Source of the DNA: a virus
Lineage: Duplodnaviria > Heunggongvirae > Uroviricota > Caudoviricetes
Virus record (IMG/VR): IMGVR_UViG_3300012979_000028
Span: 21,985-85,984 of that record
Strand: one strand, 5' to 3'
DNA: 64,000 nucleotides
Shown here: one piece after another, positions 49,281 through 59,411 of the stretch
How positions within the stretch are numbered: the stretch's first letter is position 1
Layout: each line of letters begins with the position of its first letter
Position numbers and translations under genes: made by a program
Notes under the pieces: generated by a model
The model's input: the letters and a program-made list of their open reading frames with translations, nothing else
What the model was told of the DNA's origin: nothing
The model's database searches: none

Positions 49281-49889
49281 CTAGATCGCATAATTATTAT
49301 AACACTGATAATAATTTGGATTTCCTAATCTAGCATCTACAAGAACTGGATTTACTCTATACCAAACTTGTCCATTTCCCATATTTACTCCTTGTTGGTA
49401 TTGATTAGAGTAACATCCATAATTATTCATAGGATTTCCATAACCATAACCATAACCATAACTTGGCTGAGGCTGTTGTCCTTTGAATAGTGCTGAAACT
49501 CTGGATATACTATCAGCAATTTCAGAAACACATTGAGCAGCAGCTGTAACCATTCCACAAGCTCTTACTGCTGACTTCAATCCTTTATTTACAATTTCTC
49601 CTTTGCTCTCTGGCTTAGGTTCCTCTGTAACAGTAGAAGGTAGTTGACTTTGATTATTATTTTCTGCTTCTTGTTGTTTCTGACCCTCAAAATTTGGAAT
49701 AATTATTAGAGGATTATCACTTAGATTTCTTCTATAACCATTATTCCCAGGCTTAGGTTCAGGCTTTTTCTTAATCTCATCAAACTCACTAAAACCTACC
49801 TTAACTGTTTTAAATACTGCCATGCCCGTTGCCGCACCAGCTAACAAGCATATACCAAATTTCAATGCTTTATTAAAGTTCATATTCAA
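49281..49889 (-). CDS. secreted protein with GYGYGYG motif
   Basis: Signal peptide MNMNFNKALKFGICLLAGAATGMA. Q/N/G/Y-rich C-terminus. Confidence 0.5.
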   Translation of the reverse strand: MNMNFNKALKFGICLLAGAATGMAVFKTVKVGFSEFDEIKKKPEPKPGNNGYRRNLSDNPLIIIPNFEGQKQQEAENNNQSQLPSTVTEEPKPESKGEIVNKGLKSAVRACGMVTAAAQCVSEIADSISRVSALFKGQQPQPSYGYGYGYGNPMNNYGCYSNQYQQGVNMGNGQVWYRVNPVLVDARLGNPNYYQCYNNYAI

Positions 49890-50062
49890 TTTTAATTTAA
49901 TCGCTTTCTTTCTTCTTTCTCATGTTAGTAATAATTTTAAATTTTAACATTTTAAATTTGAATAATTGTTTGGAAGATATATACTTCTCCCGAATATAAG
50001 AAAATGAGGGGTAGAAAAAAGAATAGTTAGAAAATCTCTTCCCTAACTACCCTCTTTTATTT

Positions 50063-52225
50063 TTACTTGCCTATATTTTGTAACTCTTCCTCAATACATT
50101 TTTCATAGTAATCATAAGAGTTATATTCCAAGGCTTCCTCTAATCTACTTTCACTTAGACTCTCCCCATGCTCTTTAACTAATTCTAAGAAGCGAGACTG
50201 AGACATTTCACCTTTCTGACCAAGTTCTTTTCCAACCACTAAGAGCAATTTTTTATTTTCCTCTAAGATTTGTTTAGTTCTATCTAGGCAGCGTTTGAAA
50301 AATCCTCTTACTTCAATCATAGCTTCATCATCATTCATACCAAGTGGAATACCGTTATTTAATGATTCTCCATCCTTAGTATAAGACATAAAGTTTTTCA
50401 GACCACATCTATAAACAGCATTAGTTAATTTATCCCAAGCATCACAGATATCACTACTACTGCCTAATAATCTCTTGTCATCATCCTGGAACGTAATTTT
50501 CTCAGCATACCAACCTCCAGCACTAATACAAACATCATTCTTTATATCCATGATGCTATCAATCTCATTAATTCTATCTTTATCATGAGTTACACAGAAG
50601 CCTCCATGATTAGTAGAAACTGCAACAATACTAAGAGGAAGTTTACCAGTCAGATAGGACATTACAATAGCGTGTCCTGCCTCATGAATTCCACAGATAA
50701 ATCTAGTCTTTCGGTTTACTGGATCTCTATCTCCTCCTAAGTTTAATTTAATAGTCTTAGTATCTGTATGTCCATTAGAATACTTTAGATAAACCTGAAC
50801 CTCTGGAACCTTAAAATCTGATTCGTCAACATCAATTTCTACACTAATATCTTTCTGATCTCCCACATATAATAAGATGTCAGATAAGAATGGTGTAAAT
50901 AGTGAGTTGATTGTTGATAGAATAGGTCTTACTCCTTGGGTTGGGAATACACTCTCCGAATAAAGTAACTGTAAGAATGAAAGTGTAGTTTTAATCTCTA
51001 CTCCAAACAATTTCTCAGTTTCATTACAGATTCTATCAACCTCTTTCTTGATAATATCCTTAAAGTGTTGTTTCCCTAGAGTTGGATATTTAATCAGGTT
51101 ATTTCCGAATCTGGCTATCTGTTCTGGTCTAAATCTACGACGAAGTGCATCTTTAATATCTCCAATAGTTACTTTAGATGTCTCTTCATGAAATATATCA
51201 GCATCAAGGTCAGAACTCATATCACCTGAAACTTGATATGCCTCATCTAAGTTACCAATACAAAAAACCAAGCCCTTAGATACGTCAATGGTCACTGGAG
51301 TTACTAAGCAGCTTCTCACTTGGTTAATATAGTTGTAAAATTCTCCTAGTGTTTTAATGCTATTAACTTTATCAAATACAGTTCTCATTGTAGCACTGCC
51401 GTTAAGTTTTTTCTCTAAAGTTAATAAGCTCTTTAGAAGTTTAGAGGATACTGTATCTGTACAATCTTCAACTAGTAGAGAAAGACTTCTGTAATTATCC
51501 TGAATCTCTTCCTCATTTTTCTTTGTTCTTTTATAATTCTCAAATCGTCGAGGCTCCCATAAAAATCTATCCTTGTAATAAATAAATCCTAGGGAGTCTA
51601 GTATTTTCTTAACTTCATCTCTATTAACAACTTTTCCATCTACTAGCTTTATATTCGCATTACTAGGAGACTCTTGTAAAAATTCTTCAAGAGAGGTTAG
51701 AAAATTGAAGATCTCATAGGTTTGATAGTCATTATTTTCATTAAACTCTACAAGACCTGAGTCAATAATAGTAAAGATAGATTGTAAGGATTGATTTCTA
51801 ACTTCACATCCATTCTCATCTATAAATCTTGCATGTTGAAACTCATCAAAGATAAATACAGTTTTCTCACAGAGTTGGTTTATAGATCGAGGGTCTTCTA
51901 TTTCTCCTACCATAAAATAATCATACAACTTCCTAGAAATAGACTTATAACTATCTTCACCAGCTTCAGATCCACAGTCTACAGCTATTGTACTTTTCTG
52001 AAGATCTAGTAATTCCAGAAGTCTTCTTACTACACTAGTTTTTCCTACTCCACTCATACCCCAGAGAGAAATAACAACAGGTCTTTTTAAAACTTCTGGA
52101 GTAATATACCAAGGGGTGATGCTTTTTCCAATCTCATCTATAATAGAGTCTAACCCTATAAATTCAGTCTTTAATTGGGATAGTACTTCATCTAGCTTTT
52201 TGATCTTTTCAAGTCTTTCACTCAT
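50063..52225 (-). CDS. FtsH-like protein: divergent P-loop/AAA-like N-terminal domain + M41 zinc metalloprotease domain
   Basis: Walker A WGMSGVGKTS. Walker B VFIFDEFQ. C-terminal GIHEAGHAIV (HEXXH) plus ...SAGGWYAEKI...GSSSDI, parallel to the FtsH peptidase domain. Confidence 0.65.
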   Translation of the reverse strand: MSERLEKIKKLDEVLSQLKTEFIGLDSIIDEIGKSITPWYITPEVLKRPVVISLWGMSGVGKTSVVRRLLELLDLQKSTIAVDCGSEAGEDSYKSISRKLYDYFMVGEIEDPRSINQLCEKTVFIFDEFQHARFIDENGCEVRNQSLQSIFTIIDSGLVEFNENNDYQTYEIFNFLTSLEEFLQESPSNANIKLVDGKVVNRDEVKKILDSLGFIYYKDRFLWEPRRFENYKRTKKNEEEIQDNYRSLSLLVEDCTDTVSSKLLKSLLTLEKKLNGSATMRTVFDKVNSIKTLGEFYNYINQVRSCLVTPVTIDVSKGLVFCIGNLDEAYQVSGDMSSDLDADIFHEETSKVTIGDIKDALRRRFRPEQIARFGNNLIKYPTLGKQHFKDIIKKEVDRICNETEKLFGVEIKTTLSFLQLLYSESVFPTQGVRPILSTINSLFTPFLSDILLYVGDQKDISVEIDVDESDFKVPEVQVYLKYSNGHTDTKTIKLNLGGDRDPVNRKTRFICGIHEAGHAIVMSYLTGKLPLSIVAVSTNHGGFCVTHDKDRINEIDSIMDIKNDVCISAGGWYAEKITFQDDDKRLLGSSSDICDAWDKLTNAVYRCGLKNFMSYTKDGESLNNGIPLGMNDDEAMIEVRGFFKRCLDRTKQILEENKKLLLVVGKELGQKGEMSQSRFLELVKEHGESLSESRLEEALEYNSYDYYEKCIEEELQNIGK

Positions 52226-52338
52226 ATTATTTAAGTTTTAATTAATTACAGTTATAAGATATTTAGCGTATAGAAAAAAGAAACCCACAGTAAATTATAA
52301 AACTGTGAGTCTCCCCTACTTACTTTAATAAATAATAC

Positions 52339-53016
52339 TTAATCAACTAGGTTCTTGCGTTTAAAAGACTTCCACTCTAGTGTTTTCAGCATTCTATTAA
52401 TTTCTGAAATCTTACCAGGCTTTCTTTCAAAATGATCTCTAGGATATTCAAGCTTTTGTAGGTCTACTTTCAATGGATTCTTCTGCTCCACATCATCAAG
52501 TTTATAAACACCTACAGGCTCAAACCAAAAATTCTCATCACCATCATCACCCCAGATATCAAAAACTACATATTCCGTCGGTGTGTAGAGAAGATCTAGC
52601 TGTCTACCACTTTGAAATCTATAAAGTCTCCAACGCAACGCATCTCGAAGACCAATAATAAGAGCTTTTTGTAGATCAGATCCTTCAGTCATTTCAAACC
52701 AAGGAAACTCTCTACCTTTTTCGACTACAGTAGTATCTCTATTACTAAGAATATCCTCCACTAGTGATGTTCCTGCTGTAATAATGTCTTTCTTAGTTCC
52801 TAGACACATCGCAAGTATATCACTACCATGTCCATGAGGTTCGCTAACAATTCTCTCATTCGTTTTAATAAGACTGAGATAAGGAGTTAGTTCACTAGTT
52901 AGACCTGGAGAATAAATCTCATAGTAGTAATAGGATGACTTTAGATTACTATTGTTTAGGAAAAATGGATAACCTGTTCCTAACATACAATCTACTCCTG
53001 CATTTAATTTGTTCAT
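52339..53016 (-). CDS. hypothetical protein
   Basis: 225 aa. Confidence 0.5.
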   Translation of the reverse strand: MNKLNAGVDCMLGTGYPFFLNNSNLKSSYYYYEIYSPGLTSELTPYLSLIKTNERIVSEPHGHGSDILAMCLGTKKDIITAGTSLVEDILSNRDTTVVEKGREFPWFEMTEGSDLQKALIIGLRDALRWRLYRFQSGRQLDLLYTPTEYVVFDIWGDDGDENFWFEPVGVYKLDDVEQKNPLKVDLQKLEYPRDHFERKPGKISEINRMLKTLEWKSFKRKNLVD

Positions 53017-53028
53017 TTGTTAATTAAT

Positions 53029-53271
53029 TTATTGGTTAATACTATTGTTAACTTTTAATCTAGTTACGATACGACCTCTTGTTAAATCGTATGGGCTGAC
53101 TTCGATTTTCACTCTATCTCCTACAATAATTCTGATAAAGTTTTTTCTAATCTTGCCACTTATTGTACATATTATTTCTTGATTTGCCACATCCGCTAGT
53201 ACTCTAAACATTGCATTTCCTAGTTCTGCAACAACTTCACCTTCTAGTTCTATATTATCTTGCTTTGCCAT
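53029..53271 (-). CDS. infA: translation initiation factor IF-1 homolog
   Basis: [24 protein letters not shown]...[35 protein letters not shown] is collinear with bacterial IF-1 (MAKEDNIEMQGTV..LPN.MFRV...ISGKMRKNYIRIL.GD.V..E.TPYDL.KGRI..R). Confidence 0.8.
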   Translation of the reverse strand: MAKQDNIELEGEVVAELGNAMFRVLADVANQEIICTISGKIRKNFIRIIVGDRVKIEVSPYDLTRGRIVTRLKVNNSINQ

Positions 53272-55005
53272 TTAATAAATTATATCATCTATATTTTTAA
53301 CTAATAGGGATCTAAATCTAATGCCTACTATCTCTTGTTTAAGGCTTGTAGTCAATAATTTCTCCCTTTTTGCAAAATTTAACAAGTCAAGTAGAGTAAT
53401 GTAGATAAATTTCTTTACTGACCTTGAAACTGTTGCTGTTCCAAACTTACTAACACTATCTCCGTCGGTCTTTAATGCATGTTCACATAGACTTTTCAAT
53501 ACACTAGTGATTGACGATACATCAGTAACTTTAATACGTTCATCCCCTAAGTTAGAAATCTTCTCTTTATAAAGATAATCTACCGAATATGAACCTCTAT
53601 TAAAGGATGAAGGAGATATTAGCTTAGTAGTTAAGGATTCTGGATTGAATACTGGTGTTGAGAAATAATTAAAATCAAACTTGGTTCCTCCTATTTCATG
53701 ATGTCGATCGTAGGTATACTGTCTATTCGGAATTATCTTAGTGTATTGTTCAAAATTATCATCTTCACCTACATTCTCAGAAGCTAGTACAGTATCATTA
53801 AGCTCTTTCCATCTTGCATTATTGTCAATGAAAACTTTACTAACATCTATTCCCACTTCTAATAGAATCTTGGTGAAACATTCTTCTTTATAAATTTTAT
53901 CATATACTATTATTCCTAGAGCATAGTACATTGCATTCCCAACGAATCTTGAATAATCCACTTTATCAGCAGTGACACATGGAGTACAAACACTATCACA
54001 AAATCCATTCCATACCAAGGTGTTTATAGAATCCTCCAATAACTTTTTTACTGCTGGAGAAATAGTCTTGCTGTAATCTTTTCCTCCAATAGACTGAGTA
54101 GAAATAACATCAAGAACATTAATGTAATCCTCATAGTATGGTCTTTGGAAAACTGACATCCTTAAGCATTCTTTCAGTGTTTTTTCAAGAATTGGCTCAT
54201 AGAAATCACCAAAATCTATTCCTTTGCCTGTATAATCGTCAACTAAAACCTCTCCACAATCTACAGCTGTTATAGTATTCTCTATGATCTTAATTCCATC
54301 TTTATCATTACTACGATTAAAACTTCTACTATTGAATACATCAGTAATAGTCTTCTCACCTTTAGTCTCATAAATCACTAGCCTAACTGGAGTCGACTTA
54401 TGTATATCATCAGGATCACCACTATCTTTACCTTTCTTTCGTCTAATTCTATTTTCAAATTCCCCTAGATAAATATAGTTCTCTTTTTCAGTTGCGTAAG
54501 AATGTCCTGGGATCCACTTTTTTGTCTTTTTATAAGCCTTACAACAAGTTAATCTTCCTAGTTCATTGATTGCAGCTTTATAACCAGGCATACCTTCATG
54601 TACTAGTGTGATTTCTGGGTTGTAATTATTATAAGCTATCTCAAATTTCAATCTATCATCCTTCAGTGTAATAACTCCTTCATCACACATAGAATAAGTA
54701 AGAATATTTCCGATAGTTTTAACATCGAAGTTTCCAACCTTATAAAACTCCCCAGGCTTACTTAATTGATCAGATTTAATAGCTATCGCAGTACTACCGT
54801 CATCCCAACTATCAAACTTTACTTCTTTGATTTCTAGAGATGGTACAACTTTTTTATCATAAGCAGAATCAATATCTCTACTTACGTTAATTTTAGTAAC
54901 CTTATCACTAACTCCACCATCCTCCGCCAGATAAATAACTCCAGGCATGCTGAATGGATAATATATGATTACTGAATTACAACTTAATCTCCAAGTTAAT
55001 TTCAT
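53272..55005 (-). CDS. hypothetical protein
   Basis: 577 aa. Stop abuts the IF-1 start. Confidence 0.55.
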   Translation of the reverse strand: MKLTWRLSCNSVIIYYPFSMPGVIYLAEDGGVSDKVTKINVSRDIDSAYDKKVVPSLEIKEVKFDSWDDGSTAIAIKSDQLSKPGEFYKVGNFDVKTIGNILTYSMCDEGVITLKDDRLKFEIAYNNYNPEITLVHEGMPGYKAAINELGRLTCCKAYKKTKKWIPGHSYATEKENYIYLGEFENRIRRKKGKDSGDPDDIHKSTPVRLVIYETKGEKTITDVFNSRSFNRSNDKDGIKIIENTITAVDCGEVLVDDYTGKGIDFGDFYEPILEKTLKECLRMSVFQRPYYEDYINVLDVISTQSIGGKDYSKTISPAVKKLLEDSINTLVWNGFCDSVCTPCVTADKVDYSRFVGNAMYYALGIIVYDKIYKEECFTKILLEVGIDVSKVFIDNNARWKELNDTVLASENVGEDDNFEQYTKIIPNRQYTYDRHHEIGGTKFDFNYFSTPVFNPESLTTKLISPSSFNRGSYSVDYLYKEKISNLGDERIKVTDVSSITSVLKSLCEHALKTDGDSVSKFGTATVSRSVKKFIYITLLDLLNFAKREKLLTTSLKQEIVGIRFRSLLVKNIDDIIY

Positions 55006-55010
55006 ATTAT

Positions 55011-55427
55011 TTATTTAAAGTTAATTTTAATTTTCTTTTTAACATTATTGAAGGAGAATTCAGTGCCTCCTAAACGTTCTGATAAATCTTCAAGTTCTGA
55101 TTTAAGTTCGTCCGTTATATTTTCTACCATTGCTGAAGTTAGAATACGAATATGAGCCTTTTTAAACTTTCGCTTGTTTAGATCTGGCTCATCTAGTTTA
55201 GTACAGAAAAATAAGTGTCCTTCTGTTTCATCTAGGATTTTCTTCATACTCGGTAACTTAGAACATTCATAGTTAAGCTTACATTCAACAAACTGCTCAA
55301 AACTTCTACAAACTTCTCTATCAGTATTCGGAGTTCTCTGCTGACTGATATAATCCTTTTCATAGATGCTAAGTGTTGAGTTCACTTTCTGAATTGCTAG
55401 TTTAATGTCTTCCTCAATATTGTTCAT
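55011..55427 (-). CDS. hypothetical protein
   Basis: 138 aa. Confidence 0.5.
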   Translation of the reverse strand: MNNIEEDIKLAIQKVNSTLSIYEKDYISQQRTPNTDREVCRSFEQFVECKLNYECSKLPSMKKILDETEGHLFFCTKLDEPDLNKRKFKKAHIRILTSAMVENITDELKSELEDLSERLGGTEFSFNNVKKKIKINFK

Positions 55428-55552
55428 AGTGAAAATTAATTTATAAAATTTTTATTTATCATCGCACGTATAAGGAAACTGGAGGAACGATTAGGTGAAA
55501 ATAACATAAAATTCCTAATATATGTTAAACTTTAATTATGGAGGATTAGAGT

Positions 55553-55882
55553 ATGGGAGCAATCAGCTATTTTAAATCTTTAGCTGTTCCGGGGAGTGGT
55601 AACAGCAGTAAAGCCTTTGCACTTCTTCTTTCGGCAATTGTTGGGGCTTTGATGGGTTTGTGTATTTGTTTTGTACTAATCTTTGATGTAGTAATAGATG
55701 GACAGGTAAACACAGACTTGAATGAATTAGGTTGGTTTCTTCTATGCACAGGAGCTTACAGTTTTGGTGCAGGAGCTGGAAAGATAATTACAGACTCTCT
55801 AGGCTCTAAAACAAAGACTGCTGTAGAGGATGAATTTGATAGGAGATTAAAGCAAGACAAAGAAAAGAAAGAAGAAGAGTAA
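55553..55882 (+). CDS. small membrane protein (plus strand)
   Basis: 109 aa. Two TM helices and a charged C-terminal tail, so holin-like topology is possible. Confidence 0.45.
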   Translation: MGAISYFKSLAVPGSGNSSKAFALLLSAIVGALMGLCICFVLIFDVVIDGQVNTDLNELGWFLLCTGAYSFGAGAGKIITDSLGSKTKTAVEDEFDRRLKQDKEKKEEE

Positions 55883-55934
55883 AAAAAAAAGAATCAGGGA
55901 GTTAGTTTATTTTCTCTCTGATTCTCTCTTTCTT

Positions 55935-56618
55935 TTATAAACAGCTCTGAATAATTTGTCGAACTGCCATCTTTGCTATACACTCACTTCCAAACTCACT
56001 GTCAAAGTAAAATCTAGACTTAGTAGAGATAATTTCAACCTCAAGCTCATCTCCATCTTTATCTACTGACTTCACAATTACTTTCACTGATTGCTTTCCT
56101 GGATCAATCTTATACTTATCCCAGAATATCTTAGGAACTTGAATAGGAGTATCGATTTCAGTTAGCTCCAAGTCACTTAAAGGAATTCCTAGATCTTCAA
56201 CATCAATACTATCAGCTGTTATTGTATTGTACTTTGCATCAAATTCTAGAATAAGCATCTCTTTAAATCTCTCAGCTCCTCCAAATCCAGTCTCAGAAGT
56301 TACAGGGATTATAGAATTTTCATCATTAATCTGAAAAAGCGTACTATCCCATTTAAAAGTATCTCCCGGTTTTAGTTCTGGTGGATTACCCAAGAACTCT
56401 CTATTTTGAATTAAGTTCTCAGGTTTCAATGCATCTTCACTCCCTGGATCTACACCATCTTTTAATTTGGCTGGAAAATCACTACTCTCCCAATCCACTA
56501 TTCCATTCAGCTTTGTTAATAGGTTAGGGATTTCAATGAAGTAGTAACGATCCTTTAACTTTTCATCACTAGGATCAAGACCGTGTTTCATGCCTCTACC
56601 GAAAATAGATAAAATCAT
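55935..56618 (-). CDS. hypothetical protein
   Basis: 227 aa. 4-nt overlap with the upstream IMPDH-like gene. Confidence 0.5.
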   Translation of the reverse strand: MILSIFGRGMKHGLDPSDEKLKDRYYFIEIPNLLTKLNGIVDWESSDFPAKLKDGVDPGSEDALKPENLIQNREFLGNPPELKPGDTFKWDSTLFQINDENSIIPVTSETGFGGAERFKEMLILEFDAKYNTITADSIDVEDLGIPLSDLELTEIDTPIQVPKIFWDKYKIDPGKQSVKVIVKSVDKDGDELEVEIISTKSRFYFDSEFGSECIAKMAVRQIIQSCL

Positions 56619-57691
56619 AAGTGTATATATTTTACATTATTCTTAAAAGACTTCCAATCAATACTAGAAGTCATAACAAATCCATAATTAAAACACTCAT
56701 ACATTCCCTTAAGCCAAGTTTCTAGATTAGAGTTTATAACTACATTCTCACATCTAGAGTCTACTGGCTTTTTCTTTTTTACAGTACTCTCCCACTTTTC
56801 TACACTAGAATAACCTGCTCTTTCTGCCTGAGTTTGATTTGTAGTGTTTCCTTTATAGATTCTAACTAATTCTAATCTCTTCAGTGAATCTACATCCATG
56901 TTAACCAGGTCTTCTTTATTCTGAGGTTCTAGGACTCTTTTCTTCTCGTTAGTATCATAGACCTCTTTATAAATATCACCATTAGCCTCTAGTAGTTTTG
57001 CAAATTCTCTACCAATCATCACGTAGTCTGCACCTAAAGCAATACATTTTAGGATATCTGACGGACTCTTAATACCACCATCAGCAATAATCTTAGTCTG
57101 CTTTAATCCAACTCCTGTAGTCTTCTTAGTTGTATTTATGTCTATCAGAAGCGAAGCCATAGGATAATAGAAACCGTACTTCTCATAATCCACTAGTGAT
57201 CCAGAACTTAAACCAACTCTTACATAATCAAAATCAGCTCTACAATAGTCTAGGTAAGTAGAAGGGTTTCCAATATTACCACCCATTATTGATACTCTAG
57301 GACCATAAATTCTTCTCAAGTTCTTTCCAATTTCTAGAACCTCTGTATCATGACCATTTCCAGCATCAATACAAATTCTAATCAGTGGTGTTGGAGACTT
57401 ATTGATGTTAACTATAAAATGCTGCTTAACTTCCTCCTTACTGAAAGCTACAAAGATATAACCACAAGCCTCTAATCTAAATTCAATAGACTCAGTTCTC
57501 GGGATTACTGGCTTTATTCCATTATTAGGCCATATTTTCCAGTTTGAAGATCCCACTACAGCTTCCATTGGACTCGTAAAGATAGGTAGAGACGGTTCAA
57601 CATCATCTACTGCAAAATTAAAATTACCTTGTACAGAATTACCTGAATTAAGCTCTGTAGGTAATAATGCTATGCCATCAAGTTCTAACAT
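56615..57691 (-). CDS. IMPDH/GMP-reductase-family TIM-barrel protein lacking the canonical catalytic cysteine
   Basis: PIFTSPMEAVVG, RICIDAGNGH, IADGGIKSPSDILKCIALGADYVMIG match GuaC/GuaB blocks. The GIGPGSVCTTR position reads GLSSGSLVDYE. Confidence 0.65.
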   Translation of the reverse strand: MLELDGIALLPTELNSGNSVQGNFNFAVDDVEPSLPIFTSPMEAVVGSSNWKIWPNNGIKPVIPRTESIEFRLEACGYIFVAFSKEEVKQHFIVNINKSPTPLIRICIDAGNGHDTEVLEIGKNLRRIYGPRVSIMGGNIGNPSTYLDYCRADFDYVRVGLSSGSLVDYEKYGFYYPMASLLIDINTTKKTTGVGLKQTKIIADGGIKSPSDILKCIALGADYVMIGREFAKLLEANGDIYKEVYDTNEKKRVLEPQNKEDLVNMDVDSLKRLELVRIYKGNTTNQTQAERAGYSSVEKWESTVKKKKPVDSRCENVVINSNLETWLKGMYECFNYGFVMTSSIDWKSFKNNVKYIHL

Positions 57692-57732
57692 ATTTTATAA
57701 TTTTATACTACTATCTATAAGAAATTTAGGGC

Positions 57733-58599
57733 TTACATACTTATACTATCCATGTACCCAGTTAAGAGCTTTACATAATCCGCATATTCCTGAGTTTCAA
57801 ATATCCACTCTCCCCTCTGTCTAGTCTCTTCTCCCGGATAATGTATGTCAACCTCTTTAAATACTCTACACGGATTGGCTTGAAGAATGAATACCTTGTT
57901 AGAAATATAGGCAACTTCTTCAATACTATGACTTACATTGATAATAGTAGGGTCATCTAGTGAAGGGTCATAGAATATCTTCAACATAATATTCTGTACT
58001 TCCCTCTTCATCTTAATATCCAATGCACCTGTAGCTTCATCAAATAAAATAATCTTTGAATTACAAGCTAGACAACGGGCAATAGCTACTCTCTGTTGTT
58101 GACCCCCGGATAGTTTAGAAGGGTATTTATCTACGTGATCCTTTAAACCTACACAATCTAGAAGTTCGAGGGCTCTATTCTTAGCTTCCGCCTCACTAAT
58201 TCCTCTACAAGTCATAGGTATCATCACATTCTCTAATACAGTATACCACTCAAAGTTACTGTAAGTCTGAAATACCATTGGAAAACTGTGATTACTACTT
58301 ACAGGCTCTCCATAAACTTTTACAGTACCTTCATTAAATTTACTAAGTCCTGCAATAACCTTTAACATCTGAGACTTACCACAACCTGAAGCTCCCATGA
58401 TAGAAACTAGTTGAGCTTGACCAGGAATATCAGGGATGGTTAAGTTAAAATTCTCAAATAACTTATACTCATTAGGCAAGCCAGGGTTAAAGATGTGTGT
58501 TATATTCTCTAACTGGATTACTGGAGTTAGGTTATTATTCTGCTGACTACTTGGTAAATCAGAAGCCATCAGATTATCTATGTTTATTTGTCTACTCAT
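57733..58599 (-). CDS. ABC transporter ATP-binding protein (NitT/TauT family)
   Basis: Walker A GASGCGKS. Signature LSGGQQQRVAIAR. Walker B ILFDEATGALD. Confidence 0.85.
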   Translation of the reverse strand: MSRQINIDNLMASDLPSSQQNNNLTPVIQLENITHIFNPGLPNEYKLFENFNLTIPDIPGQAQLVSIMGASGCGKSQMLKVIAGLSKFNEGTVKVYGEPVSSNHSFPMVFQTYSNFEWYTVLENVMIPMTCRGISEAEAKNRALELLDCVGLKDHVDKYPSKLSGGQQQRVAIARCLACNSKIILFDEATGALDIKMKREVQNIMLKIFYDPSLDDPTIINVSHSIEEVAYISNKVFILQANPCRVFKEVDIHYPGEETRQRGEWIFETQEYADYVKLLTGYMDSISM

Positions 58600-59411
58600 T
58601 TTCTTTTGAATTTAAAGATTACTGGTTCGAATAATTTAATAATCTGATCCTGCAATATTCCAATCAAGATTATAATCAACAAGAGGGCATAAACACTATC
58701 AATCTGACTTTGCTTCGTCATTGTGTTTATTAAAGCTCCTAAACCACCATCTTTGTTTATATTTTCTGCAATAGTTACGTAAGTATAGGATATTGCTACT
58801 AAACTTCGAATATCACTATAAACTCTTGACATAACAAAAGGGACATATATCTTCCAGAATGTATCCCACTTTCCTAATCCGATAGTTTTAGCTGTCTGAA
58901 GGTATACATTATCTTTCGGGTTATTAGGGTCTTGTAATTCAGTAACTCTTTGTGTAACTACCGGAAGAATATAGATCAAAATACCAAGAGCCAAGAAACT
59001 AGCCTTCATATCAAATCCAATTCCGAATATAGCTACCATAATTCCACTAACTGCAGGAAGAGGTAAAAATCTTATTGCTTCTAGTGGCTTTTGGAACATA
59101 GCTCTAGGAAGTGGATATATACCTATAATAAAACCTGCAGGGATAGCTATAATCAGTGCATATACGTAGCCAAGCAGATTAAGAGAGATAGTATACCAGA
59201 TATTACTAAAGAGCCTAGACTCCGTAATTAATCTAGGAATACTTGTTAATACATCTATCGGGTTTGGTAAAATTTTATTAGATATCCAACCCATCTTTGT
59301 AACTAGAAACCAAAAAAGTAGGAGGAATATACCCCCTACTATACCAGTTATTATTGATTTCTTGGATTCTAGACTTCCTCCGAATTTCAATAACTCCTTC
59401 ATACTTCTCAA
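58596..59411 (-). CDS. ABC transporter permease (NitT/TauT family)
   Basis: 6-TM topology. 4-nt overlaps with both neighbours. Confidence 0.7.
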   Translation of the reverse strand: MRSMKELLKFGGSLESKKSIITGIVGGIFLLLFWFLVTKMGWISNKILPNPIDVLTSIPRLITESRLFSNIWYTISLNLLGYVYALIIAIPAGFIIGIYPLPRAMFQKPLEAIRFLPLPAVSGIMVAIFGIGFDMKASFLALGILIYILPVVTQRVTELQDPNNPKDNVYLQTAKTIGLGKWDTFWKIYVPFVMSRVYSDIRSLVAISYTYVTIAENINKDGGLGALINTMTKQSQIDSVYALLLIIILIGILQDQIIKLFEPVIFKFKRK

